NCBI GenBank assembly: GCA_965200315.1
Contig: OZ241362.1
Location: 832,001-896,000, forward strand
Source of the DNA: Candidatus Latescibacterota bacterium
GTDB taxonomy: Bacteria; Latescibacterota; UBA2968; UBA8231
DNA: 64,000 nt
Reading direction: 5' to 3'
This document shows positions 1 through 8,654 of the stretch, in pieces; the stretch's first letter is position 1, and each line of letters opens with the position of its first letter. Position numbers and translations under genes: made by a program. The notes beneath the pieces are model-generated. The model was not told where the DNA came from, did no database searches, and was given only the letters and a program-made list of their open reading frames with translations.

Positions 1-40
1 ATGAACTTGAAACATCGGTTCAGAGTTTGGTCGGGTTATC

Positions 41-414
41 CTAGCCAGCTTGAGACACCTCTAAGGCGCGCTTGACCGCTTTGGGATCACGAGCGATTAC
101 GCGCAAGAGCGTCCGAGCCGCCTGATCCGGCTGGTAGCGCCCCTGTTCCCAGCCTCGTACCGTCGCCAAAAAAGCTGAAACGTAGTGGCGAATTCGCGCT
201 GCGTTAAACTCAGGACTTTGCGGATCGCCTTCGCGTCAGGAACGCGCTCGAATGCTGAGAGTTCTTCATCCGTCAAAGGCGGATTGTCGGAATCGGACAA
301 TGCGACCTTCTCGATCTCCTCACGCATGGAATCGAGACGTTGTGCCTAGGACTCACTCAGACTCGGTAAGTTCTTTTTGTCCAACCTAAATTTCGTGGTA
401 TTTTCTTCGCTCAT
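41..414 (-). pseudogene. HTH (Xre/HigA-like) antitoxin pseudogene
   Basis: Reconstructed MSEENTTKFRLDKKNLPSLSES*AQRLDSMREEIEK...[12 protein letters not shown] / [35 protein letters not shown]. In-frame TAG at 346-348 and a frameshift in the A-run near 168-173. Overlaps the 3' end of the brnT-like gene. Confidence 0.8.
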
Positions 415-655
415 GACGCTTTGCTCTTCGAGCAGAGATGATTCAAATTCGTGAAAAACGTTCTGTGTAAACTACGAGCAACACGCGATCATCGACCATG
501 CCAATGACGCGACGGCGCACTTCCCGCTCGTATTCTATTAGCTCCTCTTTTTCTTAGCGGTAGAGATCGAGGAACACTCGGGCGGCATATTCAAACGGAA
601 TCCCATGTTTGACCAGATTCATCGCCGCTTTGTCCTCATCCCATTTGAATTCCAT
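386..655 (-). pseudogene. brnT: BrnT-family toxin pseudogene
   Basis: Manual translation MEFKWDEDKAAMNLVKHGIPFEYAARVFLDLYR*EKEELIEYEREVRRRVIGMVDDRVLLVVYTERFSRI*IISARRAKRHERRKY. Typical BrnT motifs (F.WD..K...N..KHGI.F; IISAR.A...ER..Y) with two in-frame stops. Confidence 0.85.
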
Positions 656-667
656 AAGACGAATAGA

Positions 668-678
668 CGGGATTCCCG
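668..678. promoter_or_regulatory. Palindrome CGGGA-T-TCCCG, possible TA-operon operator
   Basis: Short inverted repeat just upstream of the brnT start. TA operons are usually autorepressed at such palindromes. Confidence 0.3.
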
Positions 679-731
679 ATGGTATTTAGCTACAAGGCAC
701 CGGGCTACCGACCCAGCCCCCGCCAGTTACC

Positions 732-761
732 TTGACATCAACGACGAGCGCTAGCTACCTT
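732..761 (+). promoter_or_regulatory. Putative sigma70 promoter for ADH operon
   Basis: TTGACA-18 nt-TACCTT upstream of RBS (AGAGGA) and ATG 787. Confidence 0.4.
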
Positions 762-786
762 CCCTCCTGTACACAGAGGATCGTCC

Positions 787-1938
787 ATGCCCTTCCAAAC
801 CCACTTCGACTTCCGCCATCCCACCCGCATCATCCACGGCCCCGGGTCTATCGCCTGCTTGGCGGATTGCTTCTCGCTGGCCGACAAGGTCCTGATCGTC
901 TCCGATCAGGTCTTAGGAGAAATCGGCACCGTGGAAGCCGTCTCCGCCGCTCTCGGCAACATCCCCCATGCCGTCTATCTCAAAGACGGTTCGAGCGAGC
1001 CGACCCAAGAATCCGTCGAAGCTGGAGTCCAGGTTTACCGCCAAGAACGCTGCACCGCCATCATCGGCCTCGGCGGTGGCTCGCCCATGGATGTGGCCAA
1101 AATGATCGGCGTCCTCGCGTCCAACAACGGCCGCATCACCCAGTATCTGGGCAGCGACAAAGTCAAAAACGACCTGCCCTATCTCGTCTGCGTCCCCACG
1201 ACCTACGGCACCGCCAGCGAAGTCACGCCCTTCGCCGTGCTGGACAATCCCGCCAGCGGCAACAAAGACCCGGTCATTAGCTGGAAAATCGCCCCCCAAC
1301 TCGGCGTCCTCGACCCCGACCTATCGGTCGCCTTGCCCGCCCTCGTCGGCGCGGCCACTGGCATGGATGCCCTGACCCACGCGCTCGAATCGTATATCAA
1401 CTTAGCGGCCACATCCCTAACCGAAGGCATCGCGCTGCACGCCAGCCGCCTCATCGGCGACAACCTGCGCCTAGCCTGCGCCAACGACCACTCGCTAGCT
1501 GCCACCGAAAACATGCTCATCGCCAGTATGCTAGCCGGCGTCGCTTTTTCGCAAACGCGCCTCGGCAATGTCCACGCCATGTCCCATCCAGTCGGCGCTC
1601 ACTACCACGTGCATCACGGGCTGCTCAACGCCATCTTGCTGCCCTACGTCATGGAGTTCAATTGGTTCGCCTGCCCCGGCAAATTCGCCGCCATCGCCGA
1701 AACACTCGGCGTACATACTTCCGGGCTAGACCAACGCCAAGCCGCGCAAGCCGCCATCGCCGCGGTGCGCCATATAAACGCCGACTTAGGCATCCCGGCC
1801 AAGCTAAGAGACGTCGGCGTCGATACGGCCCGCATCTCCACCATGGCGCGCACTGCCATGCAGAGCGGCAACATTGCCGTCAACCCGCGCAAGACTACCC
1901 AACGCGATCTCGAAGTTCTATTCCAACAAGCCATTTAG
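787..1938 (+). CDS. Iron-containing alcohol dehydrogenase family protein
   Basis: GLGGGSPMDVAK, PTTYGTASEVT, DALTHALE, HAMSH and HHG iron-binding motifs. Confidence 0.92.
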   Translation: MPFQTHFDFRHPTRIIHGPGSIACLADCFSLADKVLIVSDQVLGEIGTVEAVSAALGNIPHAVYLKDGSSEPTQESVEAGVQVYRQERCTAIIGLGGGSPMDVAKMIGVLASNNGRITQYLGSDKVKNDLPYLVCVPTTYGTASEVTPFAVLDNPASGNKDPVISWKIAPQLGVLDPDLSVALPALVGAATGMDALTHALESYINLAATSLTEGIALHASRLIGDNLRLACANDHSLAATENMLIASMLAGVAFSQTRLGNVHAMSHPVGAHYHVHHGLLNAILLPYVMEFNWFACPGKFAAIAETLGVHTSGLDQRQAAQAAIAAVRHINADLGIPAKLRDVGVDTARISTMARTAMQSGNIAVNPRKTTQRDLEVLFQQAI

Positions 1939-1948
1939 GAGGTCCACC

Positions 1949-3208
1949 ATGTCCCTGCCTCGCCTGCTCCGCGTCCGCCAGTTTTTTTCCGCGCCCACGG
2001 TCGCCGACATTGCCGCAGCCGTGCGCACCGAGGTCCAGCACCTCGACTTAGGCCCCAAAATCAATCCCGGCGAGACCATTGCCATCTCGGTCGGCAGCCG
2101 CGGCATTGCCAACATCGCGCTCGTGATCAAAAGCCTCGTGGCCGAGTTCAAGGCCCTCGGCCTCCAGCCCTTCCTCGTCCCGGCCATGGGCAGCCACGGC
2201 GGCGGCCTTGCCGCGGCGCAACAGGAAATCATCGAAGGCTACGGAGTCACCGAAGAGTACACCGGCGCACCCATTAAGTCGTCTATGGAAACCGTACAGG
2301 TGGGTGCGACCGAGGACGGCGTTCCCGTCTTTTTTGACAAACACGCCTTTGAAGCCGACCACGTAGCCGTAGTCGGCCGCGTCAAGCCACACACCGACTT
2401 TGTCGGCGAAATCGAGAGTGGCCTGCACAAGATGATGCTCATCGGCTTGGGCAAGCACAAAGGCGCGGCCCTGTACCACCAAGCCATTGTCCACTACAGC
2501 TTTGACCGCATCGTCCGCTCGGTCGGCCAAACCGTCATCGATCAATGCGGCGTACTCATGGGATTGGCCTTAGTCGAAAACCAGTACGACCAAACCGCGC
2601 TCATCAAGGGCGTGGGAGCCGACGAGTTCGTGGAACGCGAAAAGGAATTGTTAGTCCTCGCCAAGCAATGGATGCCGCGCCTGCCCTTCGACGAAGTCGA
2701 TCTGCTCATCGTCGATGCGATTGGCAAAAACATCTCCGGCGCTGGCATGGACACCAACGTCGTCGGCCGCAAGTTCCACGACAACCACGCCGCCGACAAG
2801 GAGTATCCCAAAGTAACCCGCATCCTAGTCCGCAGCCTGACCGAGGAAACCCACGGCAACGCCTCGGGCATCGGCACCGCCGAATACGCGCACAAGCGCG
2901 CCATTGAGCAGATGGACCGCGAGATCACCTACATCAACTGCATGACCGGCAACCACCCCTCGGGCGCGCACATCCCGCTCTACTTTGACACGGACCGCAT
3001 CTGCATTGAAAAGGCCCTCGAGACCGTCGGCCTAGTCGAGCCTGAAAACGCCAAGGTCTTGCGCATCCACAACACCTTGGAGCTAGGAGAGCTGTTCGTC
3101 TCGGAAGCCTATCGGGCCGAAGTCGAACAGCGCGAAGACTTGGAAATCATCGCCGAGGCCGAGGAAATGCCCTTCGACGAAAACGGCGATTTGCCGCTTG
3201 CGTTTTAG
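1949..3208 (+). CDS. Lactate racemase (LarA)-like domain protein, putative nickel-pincer-dependent isomerase
   Basis: ATG 1949 after AGGAGG. GSRGI, PAMGSHGG, RVKPHTDF, GKNISGAGMD.NVVGR and HGNA.G.G motifs. Confidence 0.75.
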   Translation: MSLPRLLRVRQFFSAPTVADIAAAVRTEVQHLDLGPKINPGETIAISVGSRGIANIALVIKSLVAEFKALGLQPFLVPAMGSHGGGLAAAQQEIIEGYGVTEEYTGAPIKSSMETVQVGATEDGVPVFFDKHAFEADHVAVVGRVKPHTDFVGEIESGLHKMMLIGLGKHKGAALYHQAIVHYSFDRIVRSVGQTVIDQCGVLMGLALVENQYDQTALIKGVGADEFVEREKELLVLAKQWMPRLPFDEVDLLIVDAIGKNISGAGMDTNVVGRKFHDNHAADKEYPKVTRILVRSLTEETHGNASGIGTAEYAHKRAIEQMDREITYINCMTGNHPSGAHIPLYFDTDRICIEKALETVGLVEPENAKVLRIHNTLELGELFVSEAYRAEVEQREDLEIIAEAEEMPFDENGDLPLAF

Positions 3209-3211
3209 CAC

Positions 3212-4120
3212 GTGACCAAAAAATCGCGGGGCGTGTCCCCTATTTTCTTGGGCGGAAAGTCGCAGCGTCCGGCGACTGCGGCCCATACGCGCCGTCGCAT
3301 TGTGTTCGGCTGGTACGGTGGAAAGTTTTCTCACCTCAACTGGCTGTTACCCCTGCTGCCGGAGTGTCATCATTACTGCGAGCCGTTTGCCGGTTCTGGG
3401 GCCGTGCTCCTCAACCGGGCACCGGCTCCGGTTGAGACCTATAACGATCTCGACGGTGAAGTGGTGAACTTCTTCCGCGTGTTACGCGACCAGCACCAAG
3501 CACTGAGCCGCGCCATTGCCCTGACGCCGTTTTCACGCGAGGAATACTACCGCGCCATCTACGGCAGCACCGAGGACATCACGGATCTAGAACGCGCCCG
3601 CCGCTTCTACATCCGGGCGCGGCAGACCCGCACTGGGCTAGCGCAAACGGCCTCCCTCGGCCGTTGGGCCAACTGCAAGCATACGAGCCGCGCTGGTATG
3701 TCTGGTGTGGTCTCTCGCTGGTTGGGGGGTGTCAATGCGCTCGACGAGATTGCCCAGCGTCTGATCCGAGTTCAGATTGAGAACCGACCGGCTGTCGATG
3801 CGATTCAACTCTACGACAGCCCGGACACCTTGTTCTACTGCGATCCTCCCTACTTACACGCCACTCGTGGCGATGCCAAAGCATACGGCTTTGAAATGGA
3901 CGAGGACGAGCATCACACGTTGGCGGAAGTCGTCAATGCCTGTGAGGGCAAGGTGGCCGTATCTGGCTACCAACACCCCTTAATGGACGAGCTGTTCCCA
4001 CCCGATCGCTGGTTCAGGACAGAGGGACCGGACAAGACCATCCATTCCACCAAGGACAGCCGGCGCGAAGTGCTGTGGACTAACTATGAGCCGGAAGTAC
4101 AAAAAGAGCTGTTTGAATGA
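3212..4120 (+). CDS. D12-class (Dam-like) N6-adenine DNA methyltransferase
   Basis: WYGGK, EPFAGSGAV, NDLD and FYCDPPY motifs. Reading frame intact. Confidence 0.92.
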   Translation: MTKKSRGVSPIFLGGKSQRPATAAHTRRRIVFGWYGGKFSHLNWLLPLLPECHHYCEPFAGSGAVLLNRAPAPVETYNDLDGEVVNFFRVLRDQHQALSRAIALTPFSREEYYRAIYGSTEDITDLERARRFYIRARQTRTGLAQTASLGRWANCKHTSRAGMSGVVSRWLGGVNALDEIAQRLIRVQIENRPAVDAIQLYDSPDTLFYCDPPYLHATRGDAKAYGFEMDEDEHHTLAEVVNACEGKVAVSGYQHPLMDELFPPDRWFRTEGPDKTIHSTKDSRREVLWTNYEPEVQKELFE

Positions 4121-4442
4121 CACCAGAGGATATCCTGCGTGGTATTTACGAGCGTACTGAAGCGGCCTTAGATACGTCCGTCGTCCCCGACATAACCATT
4201 AGGGAGCGTACTAACTATGTCTGCCGCTGTACGAGCAACCGCGCTGGGGTGCGCCTGCTTATGTCGTGCCTACTAGGAAAATTGGCTTTCTGCGGCACTT
4301 CTTGCATCTGTTCCACCGCATCCGCGCCGACTATTTGAACGCTTACCAAAAATTGGTTTTAGCCGAGCCGGATTCAGCCGTAAGTCAAACACTCAAGGAG
4401 GCTTTCCTAGCCCTGCGACAAGCGGCTGAAAGCGACGAGTAA
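4117..4442 (+). pseudogene. Restriction endonuclease remnant (SacI-family-like) with central deletion
   Basis: N-terminal MTPEDIL...NRAGVRLLMSCLLGKL (4117-~4283) joined out of frame to C-terminal IGFLRHFLHLFHRIRADYLNAYQKLVLAEPDSAVSQTLKEAFLALRQAAESDE* (4281-4442). ATGA-coupled to the MTase. Confidence 0.7.
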
Positions 4443-5296
4443 TGAATAACAACACCCAAGATTACCTATTTGATCTCCAAGGCTACTTGGTCTTAAAAAG
4501 TGCAATCTCGGCCGCAGATTTGCGCGAGATGAACCAATGGATAGACGACCACACATCGTATGTAGAAGAGCCGTGGTCAACCGATGGTGATTCAAACAAA
4601 ACAGGCCGCTGGATTGGTCGCATAGAAACGCACACCTACAATGAAGAAAATGGCGTCAACTTTCAGAGTATCATTGAAGGCGGCCCTGTTTTTGAGAAAT
4701 TGATAGATCATCCCGCTTGGATCGACTTGGTCAAAAAGTACATTCACTCCTCGGTAAATGGCCTTTCCATTCACGAAAACTTTCTCAATGTCCGCGGCCC
4801 GGGTGGTTACATCCACATTCACTGCGGCGGCCATGTTCCGCTCAGTTATTTGACGTTTCGCCAGCACAACACCGGCGAATGGATGGTCGGGCAGATCAAC
4901 GTCCTGATGGCTCTCAACGACATCGGCGAGGGCGACGGCCCGCCGGTCCTAATTCCGGGCAGCCACAAATGCACCGAAATTCACCCTCGGCTGGAGGTAG
5001 ATGGCCGAGGCTTGGTTTACGACGGCGTGAGCGGCAAACCCGCCGGGACCGCTATCGCCGTGCAAGAAATGTATCTGAAGGCGGGAGACGTTTTGTTATT
5101 CACCGACGCGATAACACACGGCTCGGCAGAACGCACCAATCCCGGCTATCGGCGCACGATTGTCTACCGCTATTCCCCCAAATATGTCCGCGAGCGATTC
5201 AACTATCAAATTTCAGAAGAACTGTTACAACGTTTGGCCCCAGAAAGACGAGCCATTATCGAGCCCAATGCGCCGCGACGACCGCCATCCGCATAG
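4442..5296 (+). CDS. Phytanoyl-CoA dioxygenase (PhyH)-family Fe(II)/2-oxoglutarate enzyme
   Basis: YLFDLQGYLVLK, PGSHK, AGDVLLF...HGS and RR...YRY motifs. First metal motif reads H-C-G. Confidence 0.88.
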   Translation: MNNNTQDYLFDLQGYLVLKSAISAADLREMNQWIDDHTSYVEEPWSTDGDSNKTGRWIGRIETHTYNEENGVNFQSIIEGGPVFEKLIDHPAWIDLVKKYIHSSVNGLSIHENFLNVRGPGGYIHIHCGGHVPLSYLTFRQHNTGEWMVGQINVLMALNDIGEGDGPPVLIPGSHKCTEIHPRLEVDGRGLVYDGVSGKPAGTAIAVQEMYLKAGDVLLFTDAITHGSAERTNPGYRRTIVYRYSPKYVRERFNYQISEELLQRLAPERRAIIEPNAPRRPPSA

Positions 5297-5447
5297 CATT
5301 CAAGCTGCCAGAGGGTAGAAACCCGGCCTATGGGGACGAACCGAGCGTCATGTCGGTCGTCCACGCGAAGCGCAAGCACTGGACAAGAAGCGGACAGCCC
5401 GGTTTCTTTATCCGCAGGCAATCCACCCAACCCACAAAGCCCTGATT

Positions 5448-6542
5448 ATGACCACCGAACACATCGGCATGACCCGCGACGCCATCGACACCCCGGTCCC
5501 CTTGGTCGATCTCGACGCGCTCGAATACAACATCGCCCGCCTCGCCGAGCATTTCCGCACGGCGGGCAAGAACCTCCGGCCGCACACCAAGTCGCACAAA
5601 ACCCCGGCCATCGCCCACCTCCAACTCACAGCCGGTGGGCAGGGGATCACCTGCGCCAAGGTCGGAGAGGCCGAGGTCATGGCCGCCGCCGGCATCCAAG
5701 ACATTCTCATTGCCAACGAAGTAGTAGGCCGCCGCAAGATCGAGCGCCTCATGGTGCTGGCCGCTCGTTGCGACATTATGGTCGCGGTCGATGACCCGCA
5801 AAATCTCGCCACCCTCAACGAGGCTGCCCACGCCTACGAGGTCTGCCCACGCGTACTCGTGGAGGTCAACATCGGCCACAACCGCTGCGGCGTCGCCCCC
5901 GCCACCGTCGTCAATCTCGCCCGCGCGGCTTCCCAAGCACCACACCTGCACTTCTGCGGCCTGATGGGCTACGAAGGCCACGTTATCGACCTCGAAGACA
6001 AAGAAGTCCGCGACGACGGGGCCCGCACCTGCCTCCAACGCCTCGTCGATGCCCGCGACGACGTGGAACGTGCTGGCCTCGACTGCTCTATTTGCAGCGC
6101 TTCGGGCACGGGCGATTACTACATCAGCACTTCCTTCGACGGCATTACCGAGGTGCAAGCGGGCTCGTACGCGCTGATGGACGCGGCCTACGCCAAGCTG
6201 AACTTGGGCTTCAAAAACGCCCTCAGCGTGTTGACCACCGTTACTAGCCGCCCCGCGCCCGAGCAGGTCATCACCGACGCCGGCCTAAAGAGTCTGACGC
6301 CCGAGCACGGCTTCCCCCTCGTCAAGGACCGTCCTGACTTGGAATGCCATGCTCTGTCCGAAGAACACGGCCGCCTCAAGACCATAGCCGGTCCCTGCAC
6401 CGATCTCCATCCCGGCGACCTGCTCGAATTTATCCCCGGCCACGGCTGCACCACTGTAAACCTCCACGACCACCTCTACGCACTACGCGCCAATCGGCTG
6501 GAGGCGATTTGGCAAATCGCCGGACGCGGCAAAGTTCGCTGA
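5448..6542 (+). CDS. DSD1 / D-threonine aldolase-family PLP-dependent enzyme (alanine racemase fold)
   Basis: DTP...VDLD, RPHTKSHK (PLP Lys), GYEGH, EVQAGSY, SEEHG and H.C.TVNLH motifs. Confidence 0.9.
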   Translation: MTTEHIGMTRDAIDTPVPLVDLDALEYNIARLAEHFRTAGKNLRPHTKSHKTPAIAHLQLTAGGQGITCAKVGEAEVMAAAGIQDILIANEVVGRRKIERLMVLAARCDIMVAVDDPQNLATLNEAAHAYEVCPRVLVEVNIGHNRCGVAPATVVNLARAASQAPHLHFCGLMGYEGHVIDLEDKEVRDDGARTCLQRLVDARDDVERAGLDCSICSASGTGDYYISTSFDGITEVQAGSYALMDAAYAKLNLGFKNALSVLTTVTSRPAPEQVITDAGLKSLTPEHGFPLVKDRPDLECHALSEEHGRLKTIAGPCTDLHPGDLLEFIPGHGCTTVNLHDHLYALRANRLEAIWQIAGRGKVR

Positions 6543-6592
6543 CCGCCGAAGAAATCGCTACTCACTGTCCCTTGCCTATCTCGTCGCAGTCT

Positions 6593-7543
6593 TTAACGGG
6601 GACCTGTTGCAAGCAGCGATTTGATTCGTCCCCACGACTGAGCTTCGACGCTCGTCTCAGTAGTGGAAGGGGAAACTGGTTGCCAAACGGGATAATCTCC
6701 GCCCAAACCGTTGGTCAGATTGACCAAGTTGCTCCCATTTATATCGACAGCCCAAATCTCCCCAGTGCTAGGGTAAAAGGAGAACGAAGTGCCAGTACTG
6801 TTGATAATAGTGTACGACGTGAAGGCTACCCTCGTGCCGTTGGGTGCCCAAGTAAGGGGAAAACCAGCAGAGGCCCAAGAATCGCCGACATCCCGAAAAA
6901 ATATCTCTACGGGTTGGCCGGACAGGCGAATGGCCTCGACCCTGTCTTCACCGTCTCCATAGATCATAATGAAGAGAGCTTCGTCCTTTTCGTCGCCATG
7001 TAGAACGCCGATGTGTGCCCGTTTGGCTCCGTCTGGAGAAAGATAGCGATGGTCCCAGAAGCGGCGGATTATCAAAGCCGCCTCCCTCCATTCCACACTT
7101 CTCCATTCCACAAGTGAAGAGCGACTGCCGTCCGGTGCCACGGCGAACAGCTCAGAGCGACCCCACACAAAGTAGTAAATGTTTTGGCCGTCTTCAGACC
7201 AAAACAGATCATCTGCACTGTTAGGGCCTATTGATTCAATATCGCCTGTTAGCTGCTTTCGATTGCGGCCGTCGGCGTCTATCACCCAGATGTCCCTACC
7301 GGAATAATCGGCACCAACATCGAGATAGGCGATCTTCGTGCCATCCGGAGACCAAATCGGACTAGAACAATACTGTCCTTGGGTTAGGTTCACCGGGTCG
7401 CTCCCATCCGCATTCATAATCCACACGTCATTGTACCCTTCGCGGTGGGAGAGAAACGCGATTTTACCGTCGGCTTGCCCCCAGCCAGCCCCAGCCAGCC
7501 CCAGCGTTGCCAAGCAGATGATCAGTAGATGTCGATAGGTCAT
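6593..7543 (-). CDS. Secreted TolB-like beta-propeller (PD40/WD40-like repeat) protein, paralog 1
   Basis: Signal peptide, KIAF.S.R, DVWIMNADGS..NLT, WSPDGTKIAY repeats, C-terminal TSVEAQSWGRIKSLL. Confidence 0.85.
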   Translation of the reverse strand: MTYRHLLIICLATLGLAGAGWGQADGKIAFLSHREGYNDVWIMNADGSDPVNLTQGQYCSSPIWSPDGTKIAYLDVGADYSGRDIWVIDADGRNRKQLTGDIESIGPNSADDLFWSEDGQNIYYFVWGRSELFAVAPDGSRSSLVEWRSVEWREAALIIRRFWDHRYLSPDGAKRAHIGVLHGDEKDEALFIMIYGDGEDRVEAIRLSGQPVEIFFRDVGDSWASAGFPLTWAPNGTRVAFTSYTIINSTGTSFSFYPSTGEIWAVDINGSNLVNLTNGLGGDYPVWQPVSPSTTETSVEAQSWGRIKSLLATGPR

Positions 7544-8400
7544 AACGCGGCTCCTTGCAGAAGGCCATGAATAAGGCGGTTAGAGGTATGTCATGGGACT
7601 GAAAGCAGCGCTTTGATCCGTCCCCATGACTGGACTTCGACGCTCGTCGCAGCAGCCGAAGGGGAAACGGGTTGCCAAGCGGGATAATCGCCGCCCAAAC
7701 CGTTGGTCAGATTGACCAAGTTGCTCCCGTCTATATCAACAACCCAAACTTCCCTGTCCCCTTGCTCGTTAGCGGCATAGAAGGCAACTCTCATGCTATC
7801 GGGAGACCAAGTAAAGCTAGACACTCTATACCAGCCGGGTTCAAGTTCAGCTTGTTGATAGGGTAGATCAGGAAGTAGGATCTGCCTGAAATCTTCTATC
7901 TGGTCAGAAGTCTGAGGCCCCTCAGGCGAAGCGTAAATAACTAGGCGTAGGTAGGCATTGCCCTCGGAGTCCTGCAACACGACGGATGCTCGTTTGGTTC
8001 CGTCTGGAGAACGATCTTCATTATCGAGGAAACGGCGAACTATCCCAGCCGCCTCCCTCCAGTCCATAAGTGAGGAGCCACTGCCGTCCAGTGCCACAAC
8101 GAACAGTTCATAGCGGGACCGCACGTAGTGGTAAATGCTACTTCCGTCTTCTGCCCAAAAAAGCTCCTCAAATCTGGTCTCTGTTAGATATGTCACTTGT
8201 TGCGGATTGCCGCCATCGGCATCCATCACCCAAATGTCGGCAACAGAATAATCGACCCAAGCGGAATCGGGATCGTCACTAAAGGCGAGATAGGCGATCT
8301 TCGTGCCATCTGGAGACCAAGCCAAGCGAACGCAATGCCCATGCCGGCCTTGGGTTAAGTTGACCGGGTCGCTCCCATCCGCATTCATAATCCACACGTC
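6699..8400. repeat. Direct repeats shared by the two propeller paralogs
   Basis: Identical 38-bp blocks: 6699-6736 = 7691-7728 and 7392-7429 = 8363-8400. The 5' ends and RBS regions are near-identical. Confidence 0.85.
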
Positions 8401-8514
8401 CCCGGCCCCCTCGCGCCACGAGGTAAATGCGATTTTACCATTGGCTTGCCCCCAGCCAGTGACGGCCAGCCCCAGCGTCGCCAAGCAGACGATCAGTAGA
8501 TGTCGATAGGTCAT
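7591..8514 (-). CDS. Secreted TolB-like beta-propeller (PD40/WD40-like repeat) protein, paralog 2
   Basis: Same architecture as 6593-7543, C-terminal TSVEVQSWGRIKALL. Confidence 0.85.
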   Translation of the reverse strand: MTYRHLLIVCLATLGLAVTGWGQANGKIAFTSWREGAGDVWIMNADGSDPVNLTQGRHGHCVRLAWSPDGTKIAYLAFSDDPDSAWVDYSVADIWVMDADGGNPQQVTYLTETRFEELFWAEDGSSIYHYVRSRYELFVVALDGSGSSLMDWREAAGIVRRFLDNEDRSPDGTKRASVVLQDSEGNAYLRLVIYASPEGPQTSDQIEDFRQILLPDLPYQQAELEPGWYRVSSFTWSPDSMRVAFYAANEQGDREVWVVDIDGSNLVNLTNGLGGDYPAWQPVSPSAAATSVEVQSWGRIKALLSVP

Positions 8515-8654
8515 AAAGTGCCTCCTTGCATAAAGTTTAGTAAAATTTAAGCATTAGATATTAGTACTGGACTAGCTGCACAACACGTGCTCAAAGAATT
8601 TAAGATACGCCCGCCGCTACCCCAAACCTAATCCCACCCTAGAGGGTTGGCTTC

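Noticed and set aside
41-655. Stop-codon recoding (TAG/TGA/TAA read-through) in the TA pair
   Set aside because: Three different stop types plus a frameshift occur, and intact genes use all three as terminators. Pseudogenisation is the simpler explanation.
3212-4120. This MTase as the cause of the CCWGG depletion
   Set aside because: It has a DPPY adenine-MTase motif. The other remnants are amino-MTases or lack catalytic motifs. The signature points to a C5-cytosine MTase, which is not in this window.
6593-8514. Diversity-generating retroelement acting on the propeller genes
   Set aside because: No reverse transcriptase in the window. The differences include indels and all base types, not adenine-specific substitutions against a template repeat.
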